DNA of 64,000 nucleotides from an uncultured bacterium (GCA_963814495.1 CAWFDJ010000016.1:96665-160664); one strand, 5' to 3'; positions 1 through 11,639 are shown, counted from the first letter of the stretch. Numbers and translations: made by a program. The notes: generated by a model from the letters alone, not told the origin.

Positions 1-11
1 TCTTTTTATTG

Positions 12-31
12 TTCTGACCGGTCAGTATAAT
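12..31 (+). promoter_or_regulatory. Operator-like inverted repeat CTGACCGGTCAG (14-25) abutting a TATAAT box (26-31), upstream of the serine-hydrolase gene
   Basis: Perfect 12-nt palindrome directly followed by TATAAT. The TGAC-N2-GTCA half-site logic matches the palindrome at 4291-4312. Confidence 0.4.
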
Positions 32-147
32 AATGACGAGCGAGAGGAGGCACGGATATGACCAGGAAACGATGAAGAAGGACCCGGCCGACCGCCGTTC
101 CGGGGGTCGTGTCTGCATGCCAAGATATGGTCTTGGAGGTGAGGCTG

Positions 148-1160
148 ATGAAGATGACATATCCGGATAAGCGCGTCTTTCTCCTGCCTGGCGGCGGCGC
201 TGCTGGTCACCATGCTGGCCCTGGCCTGCTGCTCGTGCGGGAACGGCACGGGCGCGAAGTCGCTGGACCCCGCCACGGTCGAGAAGATAGACGCGGCGGT
301 GGCGAAGGCGATGGAGAAGTAAGATCCCCGGGGGCGCTGGTGGGCGTGTGGAAGGGAGACGGGACCACCCTGGTCAAGGCCTACGGGCTGGCCCGCACCG
401 ACCCGGAGGAGGCCATGCGGGCGGGCATGGGCTTCCGCGCCGGCAGCGTCACCAAGACCTTCACCGGCAACCTGGCCCTGCAGCTGGTGGACCAGGGCAG
501 GCTCTCACTGGATGACCCGGTCTCCAGGTATGTCGAAGGCGTTCCCGACGGCGACCGGATAACCGTGCGCATGCTCCTCAACCACTCCTCGGGCCTCTTC
601 AACTACGGGGCGGACAAGGCGCTGAACGAGACCATCACGGCCGACCCCCACAAGGTCTGGACGCCCGCGGAACTGGTGGCCGTGGCCGTCTCCAACCCGC
701 CCTACTTCCCGCCCGGCGAGGGCTGCACGTACTCCAACACCAACTACGTCCTCCTGGGCATGATCATCGAGAAGGTCACCGGCCGCGCCTTCGAGGACGA
801 CTGGCCGCGGGCATAACCGGGCCGCTGGGCCTCCGGGCACGCCGACCGCCACGAGTTCCAGGAGTCAGACCATGGCGACCGCGGGAGCATACGACCCGGG
901 GCGAATATAGAGATGGTGGCGACCTTGAACACGGGGAGCGCTCTCTACTTGATCATGCGCGTCCTGCTGCGGAAAAAGGGTGTGACCTGGAGGCCCTGGC
1001 CGACCAGCTTCTCGACTACCATGCACGGGCCCTGGCCCTGCCGGGATTCGATATCGACCGGGCCCTGCGGGAGATCATCGGCAAGGGGGGCGCTAAGCCC
1101 GTCGTTAAACCTCGGCCTAAGCGAAGCCCGGGCGCGTCAGCGTACGTCCCGGCCGCGTAG
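148..1160 (+). CDS. Serine hydrolase of the beta-lactamase / DD-peptidase family, lipoprotein; frame broken at least 3 times
   Basis: ATG 148 follows GGAGG (135-139). MKMTYPDKRV is followed by the lipobox LALACCSC, visible only in the +1 frame (about 165-320). ORF 109..816 carries SxxK (GSVTKTF), LLNHSSGL and YSNTNY. The tail continues in other frames to a stop at 1158-1160. Confidence 0.7.
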
Positions 1161-1173
1161 TTCGTCACCGCCT

Positions 1174-2477
1174 TCAGCTCGCTTGTACACGAGCGCCGGG
1201 AAGAAAGACCTGGGCTCGAAGCCGAAGTAGTAACGGGTCCACAGGGTGAGCGAGGCGAGCCTGGTCCTTGAGCATCTCGAGCCGGCTCATCTTGATCGGG
1301 TACTTCCTGCGCATCTCGACCGCTTCGGCGTAGTCGGCGCACCTGATCCAGGTGCCGCCCTCCGGCCCGGGGACCACGATGCCCCCCTCCAGCAGGGCGC
1401 GGTAGCGCTCGCCCGTCTCCTTCAGGGTGGGGCCGCAGACGATGCTGCAGTGGCCGCAGGTGACCAGGTTGGGGTCGCGCAGGTCCTTGTAGCCGAAGAC
1501 CTCGTCGCCGATGCGCTTGAGCATCCGGCTCTTCTCCAGCTGGTCCTCGGGCCACTGGTCCAGGGGCGGGAACTTGGCGATCTCCTCCTCCGGCCAGAGC
1601 AGGCTGCCGATCTGGCGGATCTGGTCGTAGCGGGGGGTGGAGTCGCCCGCGCGCCGGCCCTGCTCGAGCAGGTCCCGGCGGAGCTTGATCCGCCCCCCCT
1701 CCGGCTTGCGCCCGATCCAGTCCTCGATCCAGTGCCAGCCCCAGGTGGACCAGGTCTTGTCGCGGCTGATGGCGTGCAGGCCGAAGCAGGAGGCGTTGCA
1801 CAGGTCGATGCCGCGCCGCTTGCCCCGCGGGTGGAGTTCCCCGTTCAGCAGTACGTATTCCTCCCCGTCCTCCTCGATCATACAGGCGGTGCAGGCGCGC
1901 GCGCACAGCTTGCACTTGGCGCAGTAGTCGTCGATGAAATAACGGGGCGGCAGGGCGGGGTCGCTGGCCAGCACCGCGTCGGTCATCACCGTACACAGGT
2001 ACACCGCCGCTCCATATTCCTTCGTCATGACGTTGCCCGACCAGCCCTGGGCGGCGATGCCCGACGCGATGGCCCCGAAGCGGTGGGAGAAGCTGGGGTG
2101 GGTGGCGAAGTGGTCGAGGGAACGGCGGTAGGTGTTGTTGGTGGGGACCACCGCGGCCCGGTGCCCGAGGGACTTTATATACTCGGCCGTTTCCGCCGCG
2201 ATGCGGAAGACACGCTGGCCCCCCTGGAGCTGGTCCACGTTGTGCAGGGTGGGCGTCTCCTTGCCCAGGAACTTGTAGATGGCGTCCACGTCCATGGGTA
2301 TGGCCAGCGATACGATGGAGCGCGCGCCCGGCATGGTGTAATCGAGGTCGAGGGAGGGGGGCCCGTAGAGGCGCTCCGGCCCGGCCACGCCCACCACCTC
2401 CACGCCGCGCGAGCGCACGAAGTCCTTGATGCTGTTCCTCGAGCCCCGTCCTGGCTGGCCTCCCTGGTTTGAGTCAT
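1174..2477 (-). CDS. 4Fe-4S protein related to epoxyqueuosine-reductase / reductive-dehalogenase-type Fe-S enzymes (frameshifted near 2440)
   Basis: ORF 1174..2418 has Cys motifs CAKCKLCARAC, CNASC and TCGHCSIVC. Its N-terminus is QueG-like (VVGVAGPERL...ARSIVSLAIPM). ATG 2475-2477 follows GGAGGG and abuts the upstream stop. Confidence 0.6.
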
Positions 2478-2478
2478 G

Positions 2479-3661
2479 TCAATCCCTCCTGTTCTCCGCG
2501 GCTACCTTCTTGTAGAGGTCGCGCGGTTTCTCCGGCGGCTCCTCGCGCTCCAGGCGGTGCAGCTTCAGCGCCTCCTGGTCGCAGGTGATGGTGCAGACGC
2601 CGCAGCCGATGCACTTGTCGGGGTCCACCACCGACCGGCCTTCGTCCTCATCGATGGAGAGCGCCCCGAAGAAAGCAGCGGTCCACGCAGATGCCGCAGG
2701 CCACGCAGTCCTCGCTCGCTACCGGGACGAAGTTGGACGGGGCCAACGCGTCCGGGTTGTCCCAGCGCGTCCGGCCCCGTACCTGGGAGCAGCAGCAGTC
2801 GCAGCAGAGGCAGATGACCGAGTGGCGGGGGTCGGAGTAGTTGTCGGTCATGGCCACCAGGCCCAGGTCCTGCATCTCGTCCAGGTACTGCCTGGCCTGC
2901 TGGGTGGTGACCTTGCGGCCCAGCCCCCTGGTCTGGAAGTAGAGGGCGGAGAGCTCGGTCATGATGCAGGCGCCCACCGGATACTTGTCCTTGCACTCCC
3001 GGACGTCCATCTTCTCGGTGCGGGTGCGGCAGGGGCAGGGCACCAGCGAGATGTTCTCGCAGGCGTCGATGATGCGGTGCGCCTCTTCGGAGTCCAGCAC
3101 CTTCTGCTCGTATTCGATGGCCCGCATCACCGGGATCACCCGCATCAGCGGGGTGCCCGCCTCGGAGCTCTCGTAGTACTTGTAGAAGCCGCCCTTGATG
3201 AAGTAGTCCCGGTAGAGCCGGGAGGCCTCGAGGTCGTCGGGTCCCACCTCCTCCGAGAACTGGTGGGCGTTGACCAGCAGGGGCACGGTGGGCATGGCGT
3301 AGGCGCCGCCGATGCCGACGATGCCGCCCCGGGCGGCCGCCCCGTCGAGGATGCGCCGCACTTCTTCCTCGTCGCGCCCCGCCGCTTCCGCCACCTGCGC
3401 CGCGGTGAGGAAATACTTCGGGCTAAGGGAGATGGGCGGGTTGAAGTGCCGTACCAGCTCCGCCTCCTCCGGGGTATAGAGGAGCTCCAGGTACTCCAGG
3501 AAGGCCGGCGAGAAGTCGCCTCCTTCCCTGGGTGCCCCCAAGGGGTTCTGGTCTATCAGTTCGGCGATCTCCCGGTAACAGAATCCCATCGGCAGCTCCT
3601 TTCCCTCGAGAGAGCTCCGCGGCTCCAGGTATTCGCCGTATTCGGCATAGACCGGATTCAT
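2479..3661 (-). CDS. 4Fe-4S dicluster-domain protein (frameshifted near 2672)
   Basis: C-terminal two thirds of ORF 2648..4192 starting at MNPVYAEYGEY. Motifs CPCRTRTEK and CLCCDCCC. Ferredoxin motifs CVACGICVDRC and CIGCGVCTITC. The second ferredoxin motif is in frame only if one A of AAA 2672-2674 is dropped. Confidence 0.65.
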
Positions 3662-4253
3662 CGGGCGAAGTCCGTGTCGTAGAGGACGTAATTCATCGGC
3701 GAGGAGAGGCCGGAGCGCTTGCCCACTTCCTCGATCCCCTCGAGGATAGCGTCCATGTGGTCCAGGGTGAAGGAGAAGGCCATCTCGTGATCCTCCGACC
3801 CGCGCCAGCGCGCGGCCAGACCAGCCACCACATCCGGCCGCCGGGGCATCGAGCTCCCGAGGGGGACGGCGTAGAGGGCGGCGTATGCCCCCGGTTCGAC
3901 GATGTCCTCCGCCTGGCCCATGACGAACTTGACCGCCGTCTCGTCGTCCTTGACCCAGCCCATAGCGCACTGCGACTGCGGGATCTTCTCCGGCGGATCG
4001 AACCTGCCCATGCCGAAGGCCGGCAGGATCATGATGCAGCCCTCGTCCTCGCCGCTCACCAGTCACCGGCAAGCCCATGCGCCCCGCCGCCGAGAGGGCC
4101 TGGCAATAGGTGAGCTTGCGCCCGAGGTCGCGCCCCGGCCTCAAGGCCTTCTCGCTCTCGCTCTCCGCGAGAGTCAGCAGGCACACCCCCACCGGCCTGA
4201 CCGTCAGGCGCAGAGTGTCCGCGAGTCGCTTCGGCTTGAGCCTGCCATTCCAT
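3658..4253 (-). CDS. DUF169-like protein (family recalled from memory; frameshifted twice)
   Basis: Fragments lie in ORFs 3658..4059 and 4056..4253 and in the N-terminus of 2648..4192. They read RPVGVCLLTL...KLTYCQALSAAGRMG...CIMILPAFGMG...PDVV. RBS GGAGGAAAGGAG. The stop overlaps the next start (ATGA). Confidence 0.4.
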
Positions 4254-4290
4254 GCGGCGCTCCTTTCCTCCGGGTTACAGGAAGTGCTTA

Positions 4291-4312
4291 TTATACTGAC
4301 TAGTCAGTATAA
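4291..4312. promoter_or_regulatory. Perfect 22-bp palindrome TTATACTGACTAGTCAGTATAA overlapping a minus-strand TATAAT; operator/promoter of the DUF169-FeS-FeS operon
   Basis: On the minus strand it reads TATACTGACTAGTCAGTATAAT. About 25 nt further downstream is GGAGGAAAGGAG and the first ATG of the operon. Confidence 0.6.
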
Positions 4313-4333
4313 TATAAGGCGCGGGCGGGGTTG

Positions 4334-4922
4334 TCAACCGACCGTGCCGAGGCGCTTCTCCATACGGGTGTAGCCGGAGATGCCGAAGACCTTGCGGTAG
4401 AAGGGGAGCCGGCGGTGTTTGACCTTCACGTAACCCACGCTCTCGTAGAGCTTCCTGGCCCGCGGGTTCTCGTCCACCACGTCGAGCGTCACCGAAGTGT
4501 AGCCCTGCCGCCGGGCTTCCGCCTCTGTCTCCCCCAGCAGGCGGCTGCCGATGCCCTGCCCCGCGGCATCCCGCGTCCACGGCCAGCACGTCCAGGAGAA
4601 AGGCCCCCTTGTGGGATCCCGCGTTGAGCAGGGCCCCCAGGAAGCCGCGGCGCAGGCCTTCGACCAGACCGTATTCCTTGAGGAAATGCTTGAGCCCCAG
4701 CTTGAAGAGGCAGCGCCCCCCGAAGTCCAGCAGGGCGAAGCCCCTGAGCTCCCCGCCTCGCGCGCGGTGATGCAGGCGCCGGGGTCGGAAAAACCCCCGC
4801 GGATGATCCGCGCCAGGCTGTGCGGGGTGCCGAAGGCCGGTCTTCACCTCCACGAAGCCCGCGAAGAAGAGGCGGGCGATGGCCCCCGCGTCTTCCGGCG
4901 TGCAGTCTTTACGATATTCCAT
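4334..4922 (-). CDS. GNAT family N-acetyltransferase (frameshifted several times)
   Basis: ORF 4275..4922 N-terminus MEYRKDCTPEDAGAIARLF. Re-joined frames give LLDVLAVDAGCRGQGIGSRLL...YESVGY, the acetyl-CoA binding Q/RxxGxG pattern. Confidence 0.6.
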
Positions 4923-4943
4923 GGTCCCGATCGTTCCCTTCGT

Positions 4944-5415
4944 TCAGCGCCAGTCGATGATCAGCTTGTGCGGGTCATCCTCGTCCACCAGCACCGCCAC
5001 CTGCGCCCCCGCCTGCAGGGCGGGCAGGTTCACCGGGTTGACGTATTCCCGGTGGGTGACCCCGTAGGTGGGTTTGCCCTCCACATTGACCTGCAGCTCC
5101 ATCTCCATCTGGGGCATGTTGTTCATCTCGCCGCCGGTGGCGCCGGAGGAGATGACCGTGGCCACGCCGCGCAGGCCGTCTTGACGCATCCTTACGGCCT
5201 TGCGGCCCGAGCGCGCGACGAAGTAGATCATGCCCGCGTAGACCACCAGGGTCAGGCCGATGAACCAGGCCCCCATGACGTACCAGAAGAACTTGAGGGA
5301 GTGGCCGTCGTCGGTCTGCGCAGCCGGGTCGGTCTCCAGCGCCGACCCAGATGAAGATGGCTCCCAGGATGATGAAGGGGACGCCGTCCAGACCGCCCAG
5401 GGTTTCATCCGCCAC
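4944..5415 (-). CDS. Hypothetical membrane protein (frameshift near 5335)
   Basis: Join of MADETLGGLDGVPFIILGAIFIWVG (ORF 4975..5415) with the C-terminus of ORF 4944..6416. That C-terminus has a second TM segment and the soluble tail ...DEDDPHKLIIDWR. Confidence 0.5.
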
Positions 5416-5454
5416 ATCTTCGCCTCCTCCTTCCGGCCGCCGTGATCACTTCTA

Positions 5455-6416
5455 TCAGTATAAACGCTTGAACACCCGGCATATCGACAGGGCCAGCCAG
5501 AAGGGCAGGTCCTGGTCCTTCCCTTCTGGATCTTCAGGTCCCACAGTACCGTCCGGGCGCTGCCCTTCCCGGAACCAGGCCAGGGCCCGCGCCATCTCCG
5601 GCCGGTCCGCGGAGAAGCCGAGGCAGCGAGAGGCTGTCCAGGGCGGATATGAGGTCCGTGTAGCAGAAGGGGAAGGTGAACTTGAGCCAGTAATCGGGGC
5701 TGCCCCGGTCCGGGTAGTTGTCCTTTCTGAGACAGGCTGGACAGGAGCAGTTCCCCCGCCTGCCTCGCGGCCTCGCTCCGGCGTTTCCGGGGATGGGCGG
5801 CGAAGGCGCGCAGCACCACCCCGGTGGCCAGCCAGGAGAAGGGCCTGGCGGGATCGGTCTCCAGGGGAGCGGCGCGCATGGAGATGACGTCGAGATTGCG
5901 CCCCCGCGTGCGCAGGGGGATGGCCCAGCCCCCGTCGTCCTGGCGCGCGGAGAGGAGCCACGCGAAGCCCTCGTCGACGCGCGGGTCGCGCGCGTAACCG
6001 GCCTTGATGAGCAGCTCCATGATGCCCGCGGAGTAGTTGGGCGTGTACTGGTTGCCGTAGATGCCCCGGAAGTCGCCCCCGGGCGTCTGGAAGGAGAAGA
6101 GGAACTCCGCGGCCCGCGTCACGGCTTCGTGCTTCCTGTCGAAGCCGTATTGCTCCACCAGGAAGCCGAGCTGGCGGAAGGTCTCGTACTGGTTGTAGTC
6201 CTGTTGAGAGCGTATGCGCTCCTGGCCGCCCGGGTACTTCCAGGCGCCGTCCTCCCGCTGGCGGCGGAGTATCTTCTGCGCCGCGGGCAGGTCCCACAAC
6301 TGCCTCACCGGCCCGGCCTTCTCTCCCAGCAGGTCCCGGCGGGTAAAGTATTCTACAGCCGGGTTGCCGCACTCCAGGAGGGCCGGAAGGGGATCGCGGC
6401 GCAGCCCGGATATCAT
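5455..6416 (-). CDS. Prenyltransferase / squalene-cyclase-repeat-like protein (frameshifted)
   Basis: N-terminal part in ORF 4944..6416 (DGAWKYPGG, QDDGGWAIP). C-terminal part in the ORF 5455..6894 frame (REGQRPDGTVG...LPFWLALSICRVFKRLY). Confidence 0.5.
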
Positions 6417-6894
6417 GACCCCAGCAGCCGCCGGCCGGTGTCCGCGCCCAGCGCGCGGGCTCGCGCCTCCTCGCCCTCCGCAGGGGGCCCTTCAAGCCCT
6501 CCTCCTGTATGAAGAACTTGGCGGCGGCGGAGACGGGTTTCAACCCGCGTGCTTCGAGGGCCTCGTGGATCATCTCGGCGCCCCGGCAGTTCCAGTCATC
6601 GTGCTTGCTCCCGTCTTCCTTGGGCTTGCCCCCGGTGCCGAAGGCCTGGAAGGGCTTGCCGCCCCAGGCGTCCTCCTTGATCTCGCGATTGATGAACCGC
6701 TTGATGTCGCCGGTCATCCGGCCCATGCGGGTCCCGGACCCCACCGCGATGAAGTCGTACCCGCTCCCGACCTTGCGCGCGTCAGAGGAGACCGTCTCCA
6801 CCTCCAGCCCCGCCTCCTCCAACCCGCTGGCGATGCTCTCGGCTATCTTCTTACAGTTCCCGTACTTGGTGTGGTAGACGACCAGTCCCTTCAT
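6413..6894 (-). CDS. Flavodoxin-like protein (frameshift near 6480)
   Basis: MKGLVVYHTKYGNCKKIAESIASGLEEAG... TGA 6413-6415 overlaps the ATG of the downstream gene. Confidence 0.65.
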
Positions 6895-7001
6895 GGCGCA
6901 CCTCCCATCCGTCCGGCTACTCTACATAAGAACATCGTGAGGCGCGGGAGGTAAAGATTCAAGACCCGGCCGGGGGTAAAGGTTAAGGGCTATAATGGGG
7001 G

Positions 7002-7827
7002 CATGTTAAAGAGCGTTTCGCGGAGCTGGCGGCGGGCAGGGATTGCCACGACCTGCGCTGCCTCAACCGGTTCTCGCAGGAGGAGAAGGAGCGGCTCTAC
7101 TCGCTGCTGGTGCCGGACCGCGCTTGCGAGATGTTCGGGATCGACAGGAGCACCTTCTTAAACCCGGCGGGCGAGGTGGCCCTCAACGTGGAGGCGGACC
7201 CGCGCACCCCCTACGCCCTGGTCGAGCTGCGGGACCAGCCGGGCGACAAGGACTGCATCTTCTACCTGGAGCTGGAGGACACCGCCTTCGGCAAGCTCGA
7301 GGTGAGCTTCCTGATCATCAACGACCCGCGCGCGCCCCGCTTCGAGACCGACCTGGACGAGCAGGGCCGCCGCACCAAGTTCGCCACCGTCCGGCGCAAC
7401 CTGCCCGAGGAAGTGCGGGCCATGCGGGCCGGCCTGGCGCCGGCCCAGGTGCGCAAGGGGCTGCACCTGCTCGAGGACTTCCTGGCGCTGGTGATGGACT
7501 TCGCGGAATGCATGGGCCAGGACATGATCATCTCGGAGCCGCTCACCTACAACGCCGCCATCACCTTCGAGCGGCACGGCTGGAACTACATGCGCGGGCG
7601 GCGCCGGATGGAGCAGATCGACGAGGGCTTCCGGCCGGGCGGGGAGCTCTTCGCGCAACTCGACGGGTCGACCCCCTTCCGGCAGCCGGGCATGGACCGG
7701 ACCGTGCTGGGCCGGAGCTGGGCCGTCCACGACGGCATCCTGGGCGAGCCCTGGCGGGGGGTGGAGATGTACATGACGCCGCAAGTCCGGCGGCGTGGAC
7801 ACCTTCCCCGGCGGCCCCTACCGTTGA
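7002..7827 (+). CDS. Conserved hypothetical protein (no family recognised; frameshifted at both ends)
   Basis: ORF 7110..7997 plus an upstream in-frame segment VKERFAELAAGRDCHDLRCLNRF. TATAAT 6991-6996 is followed by ATG 7002, which is 1 nt out of frame next to a G5 run. The probable end is ...GVDTFPGGPYR with TGA 7825-7827. Confidence 0.5.
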
Positions 7828-7836
7828 CCCGTCCGC

Positions 7837-8928
7837 TCACTCCCAGCGGAAGAAGCGCACCGCCACCAGGAAGCAGACCACCCCCATGCCCACCAGCACC
7901 AGCAGGTCCAGCCAGACGTCGGCCAGGCTGGCGGCGTCGATCATCACCCCGCGCATGGCGTCGCCCAGGTAGTAGAGGGGCAGGCAATGGGCGATGACCT
8001 TGAGGGCGGTGGGCACCCACTCGATGGAGAAGAACAGCCCGCTTAAGAACATCATGGGCATGGAGATGGCGTTGCCGGCCAGCATGGCGCTGCGGGAGGT
8101 CTTGGTCAGCGAGGAGATCATGAAGCCCAGGGAGACGAAGGACATGGATCCGACGATCGACCACCGCGGCGATGTTGAGCCAGCTGCCGTTGACCTTGAT
8201 CTGGAAGACCAGCCACCCCACCAGCACCAGGACGACCGCCTGGACCAGCGCCATCACCACCACCGTGGCCATGCCGCTCCCCAGGAACCTGGGCAGGGAG
8301 ATGGGCGACACCTTCACCCGCCGCAGGATGCCCTTCTCCCGGCGCACCGCCACCATCTCGGAGAAGCCCATCAGCCCGCCGAACATCAGCACCAGGGACA
8401 CCACGCCCGGCACCATGAAGTCGACGTAGCGGAAGTCCTTGACGTTCTCCTCCCTCTCCTCCGCCACGGTGACCAGTTCGGGAAGGCCGACCATACTCCT
8501 TGCCGATCCTGTCGATGATGCCCTGCAGGGTGGAGGAGGTTATCTGCGCCGCGGTGACGTCCGACTGGTTGACGATCATGACCAGCTCGCCCGTCTCCCC
8601 CCGCATCACCTGCTCGCTCGAACCCCTCCGGGATGATCAGCACGGCGTTGCGGTCGTCGTCCCGCATGCGGGCCCGCTCGTCCTCCTCCGTGCCCTCCGT
8701 CACCTCCAGGGCGTCGACGCCCGAGAAGGCCTCCACGATGGCCCGGCTGACGTCCGAGCCGTCGTTGTCCACCACCCCCACCGCCAGCTTGATGTTGCCG
8801 CTGGAGCCGAAGACGAAGCCCAGGATGAGCATGAGGGCGATGGGGAAGAGGAACATCCAGAAGATGGCCTCGCGCTCGCGCAGGGTCATCTTCAGCTCGT
8901 AGAGGAACATCCTGGCGAAGTTCTTCAC
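7837..8928 (-). CDS. ABC-2 type transporter permease (at least 4 frame changes)
   Basis: Four fragments concatenate into a ~360-aa permease: VKNFARMFLYELKMTLRER..., ORF 8118..8609, ORF 7586..8494 and ORF 7837..8145 (...LPLYYLGDAMRGVM). GTG 8926-8928 overlaps the ATPase stop. Confidence 0.7.
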
Positions 8929-9840
8929 TCCCTGAGCCTCCTCCCGGTCATCTTGAGGAAGACGTCCTCCAGGGTGGCCCGCTTGATGCTGACGTCCTCG
9001 GTCCGCGCGCCCCGCTCCTGGGCCAGGGCGAAGATGCCCTCCAGGGTGAGCTGGGGGGCGTCGGTGGAGACCTGGAAGGCCCCCTCCTCCAGGCTGACGG
9101 ATTTGACCCCGGCGAGGCCCTCCACCACCGCGGCCTCCACCGGCTCGCTCAGGCGGAAGTAGACCACGCTCTCCGAGACGTTTGAGTCGATGAGCTGGTC
9201 GGGGGTGCCCCGGGCGATGATGCGCCCGTTGTCCATCACCGCCACGCGGTCGCAGAGGCTCTCGGCCTCCTCGATGTAGTGGGTGGTGACGACCACCGTC
9301 TTGCCGCTCTCGCGCAGGTGGCCCACGATGTCCCAGATGTGGCGGCGGGCCTGGGGGTCGAGGCCGGTGGTGGGCTCGTCCAGGAAGACCACGCGCGGGT
9401 CGTTGAGAAGGGCCAGGGCGATGGAGAGGCGCTTGTGCTGCCCGCCGGAGAGGTCGTCGACCATGGCGGTGGCCTTGTCGGTCAGCTCCACCAGTTCCAG
9501 CAGCTCGTCGAGGTCCATGGTCCGGGGGTAGAAGGTGTGGAAGTAGTCGAGGGTCTCCCGCACCTTGAGGCGCTCGAAGAAGACGGTGGTCTGCAGCTGC
9601 ACGCCGATGATGCGCTTGATGGCCGCGGGGTCGCGCAGGGCGTCCACCCCCAGCACGCTTATCTCGCCTGAGTCCGGCCGCCGCAGGGTCTCCACCATCT
9701 CCAGGGTGGTGGTCTTGCCGGCGCCGTTGGGGCCCGAGGATGCCGAAGACCTCACCCTCCTCCACTTGCAGGTCGATGCCGTCCACGGCCTTGACGTCGC
9801 CGTAGTACTTCTTCAGCCCGGTTATCTCGATGGCGTACAT
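8925..9840 (-). CDS. ABC transporter ATP-binding protein (one frameshift in Walker A)
   Basis: MYAIEITGLKKYYGD... Walker A GPNGAGKTT is split by an extra base in GGGG 9729-9732. Signature LSGGQHKRL. Walker B VVFLDEPTTGLD. Confidence 0.85.
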
Positions 9841-9928
9841 CACTCGATTATAGCGCCTGCAGGCACGGGGCGGCGGCGATGGTAGAATGAAGGTATCGGA
9901 TGACCGCGGGCACTGAGGAGGGTTGAGC

Positions 9929-11639
9929 ATGGCTTTTAAAGAGTCGTGTGGCCGGGCGTTTAAGACGGTTCCGATCCGGCCGACCTGGTGCTGGGCAACG
10001 CCAGGATATTCACCTCTGACAGCGGTAACCCCCGGGCGAGCGCGCTGGCGGTAAGGGGCGGGCGCATCGTCTACGTGGGGAACGACGCGGGGGCGGCCGT
10101 CCACGTGGGCCCGGACACGCGGGTGGTGAACGCCGCCGCAGAGGTGGTAACTCCCGGCTTCATCGACAACCACTGCCACGTGGTGTGGATCGGCGGCATG
10201 ATGGCCTTCATGACCAAACGGCTGATGGAGGCGGAAAACCTGGACGAGATGCTCCAGATGGTCTCGGACCAGGCCGCCGCCAACCCCGAACTGCCCTACG
10301 TCTCCGGGGTGGGTTGGAGGTTCGACTACGCTCCGGGGGGCTATCCCGACCGCGAGGTGATGGACCGGGTGGTCAAGGACCGGCCGGTGCTGCTGATGTC
10401 CATCTGCGGCCAGTGCGGGTGGATCAACACCCGCGCCGCGGAACTGCTGGCCGAGCGGAACCCCGCGGCCCTGCGCCGCCTCGCGCCGCGCATGGACGCT
10501 TCCGGTAGCCGCATCAGCGGGCTGGACCACTTCCACTCCTTCTCCCCCCTCGACTTCTTCAGCGCCGAGGAGATGGACCCGGTCTTCCGGACGGTGGTGC
10601 CGGAAGCCATCGCCGGGGTGATGGATGAGGCCGTCTCGGTGGGGGTCACCGCCATGGACGACGTCCAGTTCTACCGCCCCTTTGTCCCCTACGTACTCGA
10701 CTACCGCAAGCGCGGCATCTTCGACAAGGTACGGCTGCGCGGCTCCCTCTACGTGGACCCCCACGACCTCGAGGACGAGGCGAGGCTGCGGGAGGACCTG
10801 GCCTGGTGGAAGGAGCTGGAGAAGGAGTCCGACCAGCGCCTGGCGCTGGGCCGCTCCGTCAAGTTTTACATCGACGGCACCATCGGCAACCGCACCTCCT
10901 TCCAGTTGAAGCCGTACAACGATGACCCGTCTGATTTCGGGCGCCCCGACTCGACCCGGGAGGACTTCGACAGGGTCGTCGGTCTGGTGGACGGGATGCG
11001 GCTGCAGGCCTGCACCCACGCCTGCGGCGACGCCGGCATCCGCCGGGTGGTGGACTCGGTGGAACGGGCGCGGGAGCGCAACGGGGAGTGGGACGCCCGC
11101 CATCGCCTGGAGCACTGCGAGTTCCCCACTCCCCCGACCGGGAGAGGATGGCGCGGATGGACATGCAAGCGGCCATGCAGCCAGCCCACTTCTTCGGTGA
11201 CGAGGTCCTCGAGAACTTCCTGGGCCACCAGAGGATGCAGGGCTTCTGCCCCTGGCGCAGCCTGCAGGAGGCGGGGGTGTGCGTCTCCTTCGGCAGCGAC
11301 TGGTGCAACAGCCCCCTTAACCCCGTGTACGGCCTGCTGCTCGCCGCCACGCGCATGAACTACAAGGGCAAGGCCGACTGGAGCCCGCAGGAGAAGATCA
11401 GCCTGGAGGACGGCATCCGCCACTGGACCATCGACTCGGCCTACGCCCTCAAGCTGGAGGACGAAATCGGCTCGCTCGAGGCGGGTAAACGCGCCGACTT
11501 CGTGGTGTGGAACCAGAGCCCGCTTAAGCTCGCCTCCTGGTGGTTCATGCTCACCCACGACATCGAGCTGGGCAAGCTGGAGGGCTTCGTGGACCTCACC
11601 GTGGTGGGCGGCGAGACCGTCTATGAGAAGCGGGGCTAG
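9929..11639 (+). CDS. Amidohydrolase-family metal-dependent hydrolase (frameshifts near 9965 and 11130)
   Basis: GAGGAGGG RBS and ATG 9929. Motifs ADLVLGNARIFT, FIDNHCHVVW, HRLEHCEF and GSDW. The C-terminal piece is ORF 11088..11639. Confidence 0.75.

Noticed and set aside
1246-2472. Long antisense ORFs opposite confident genes (also 19890-20819, 27215-28411, 29995-31263, 53621-55156, 57362-58738)
   Set aside because: They have no recognisable motifs, low-complexity Arg/Gly/Pro/Ala/His content, and each lies fully opposite a gene with clear family signatures.
8386-11115. 909-aa minus-strand ORF, the longest in this part of the track
   Set aside because: Only its last ~60 codons (permease N-terminus) and a short ATPase piece are real. 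From 9841 to 11115 it is antisense to the amidohydrolase gene and has an Arg/Gly/Pro/His-rich composition typical of open frames in high-G+C DNA.
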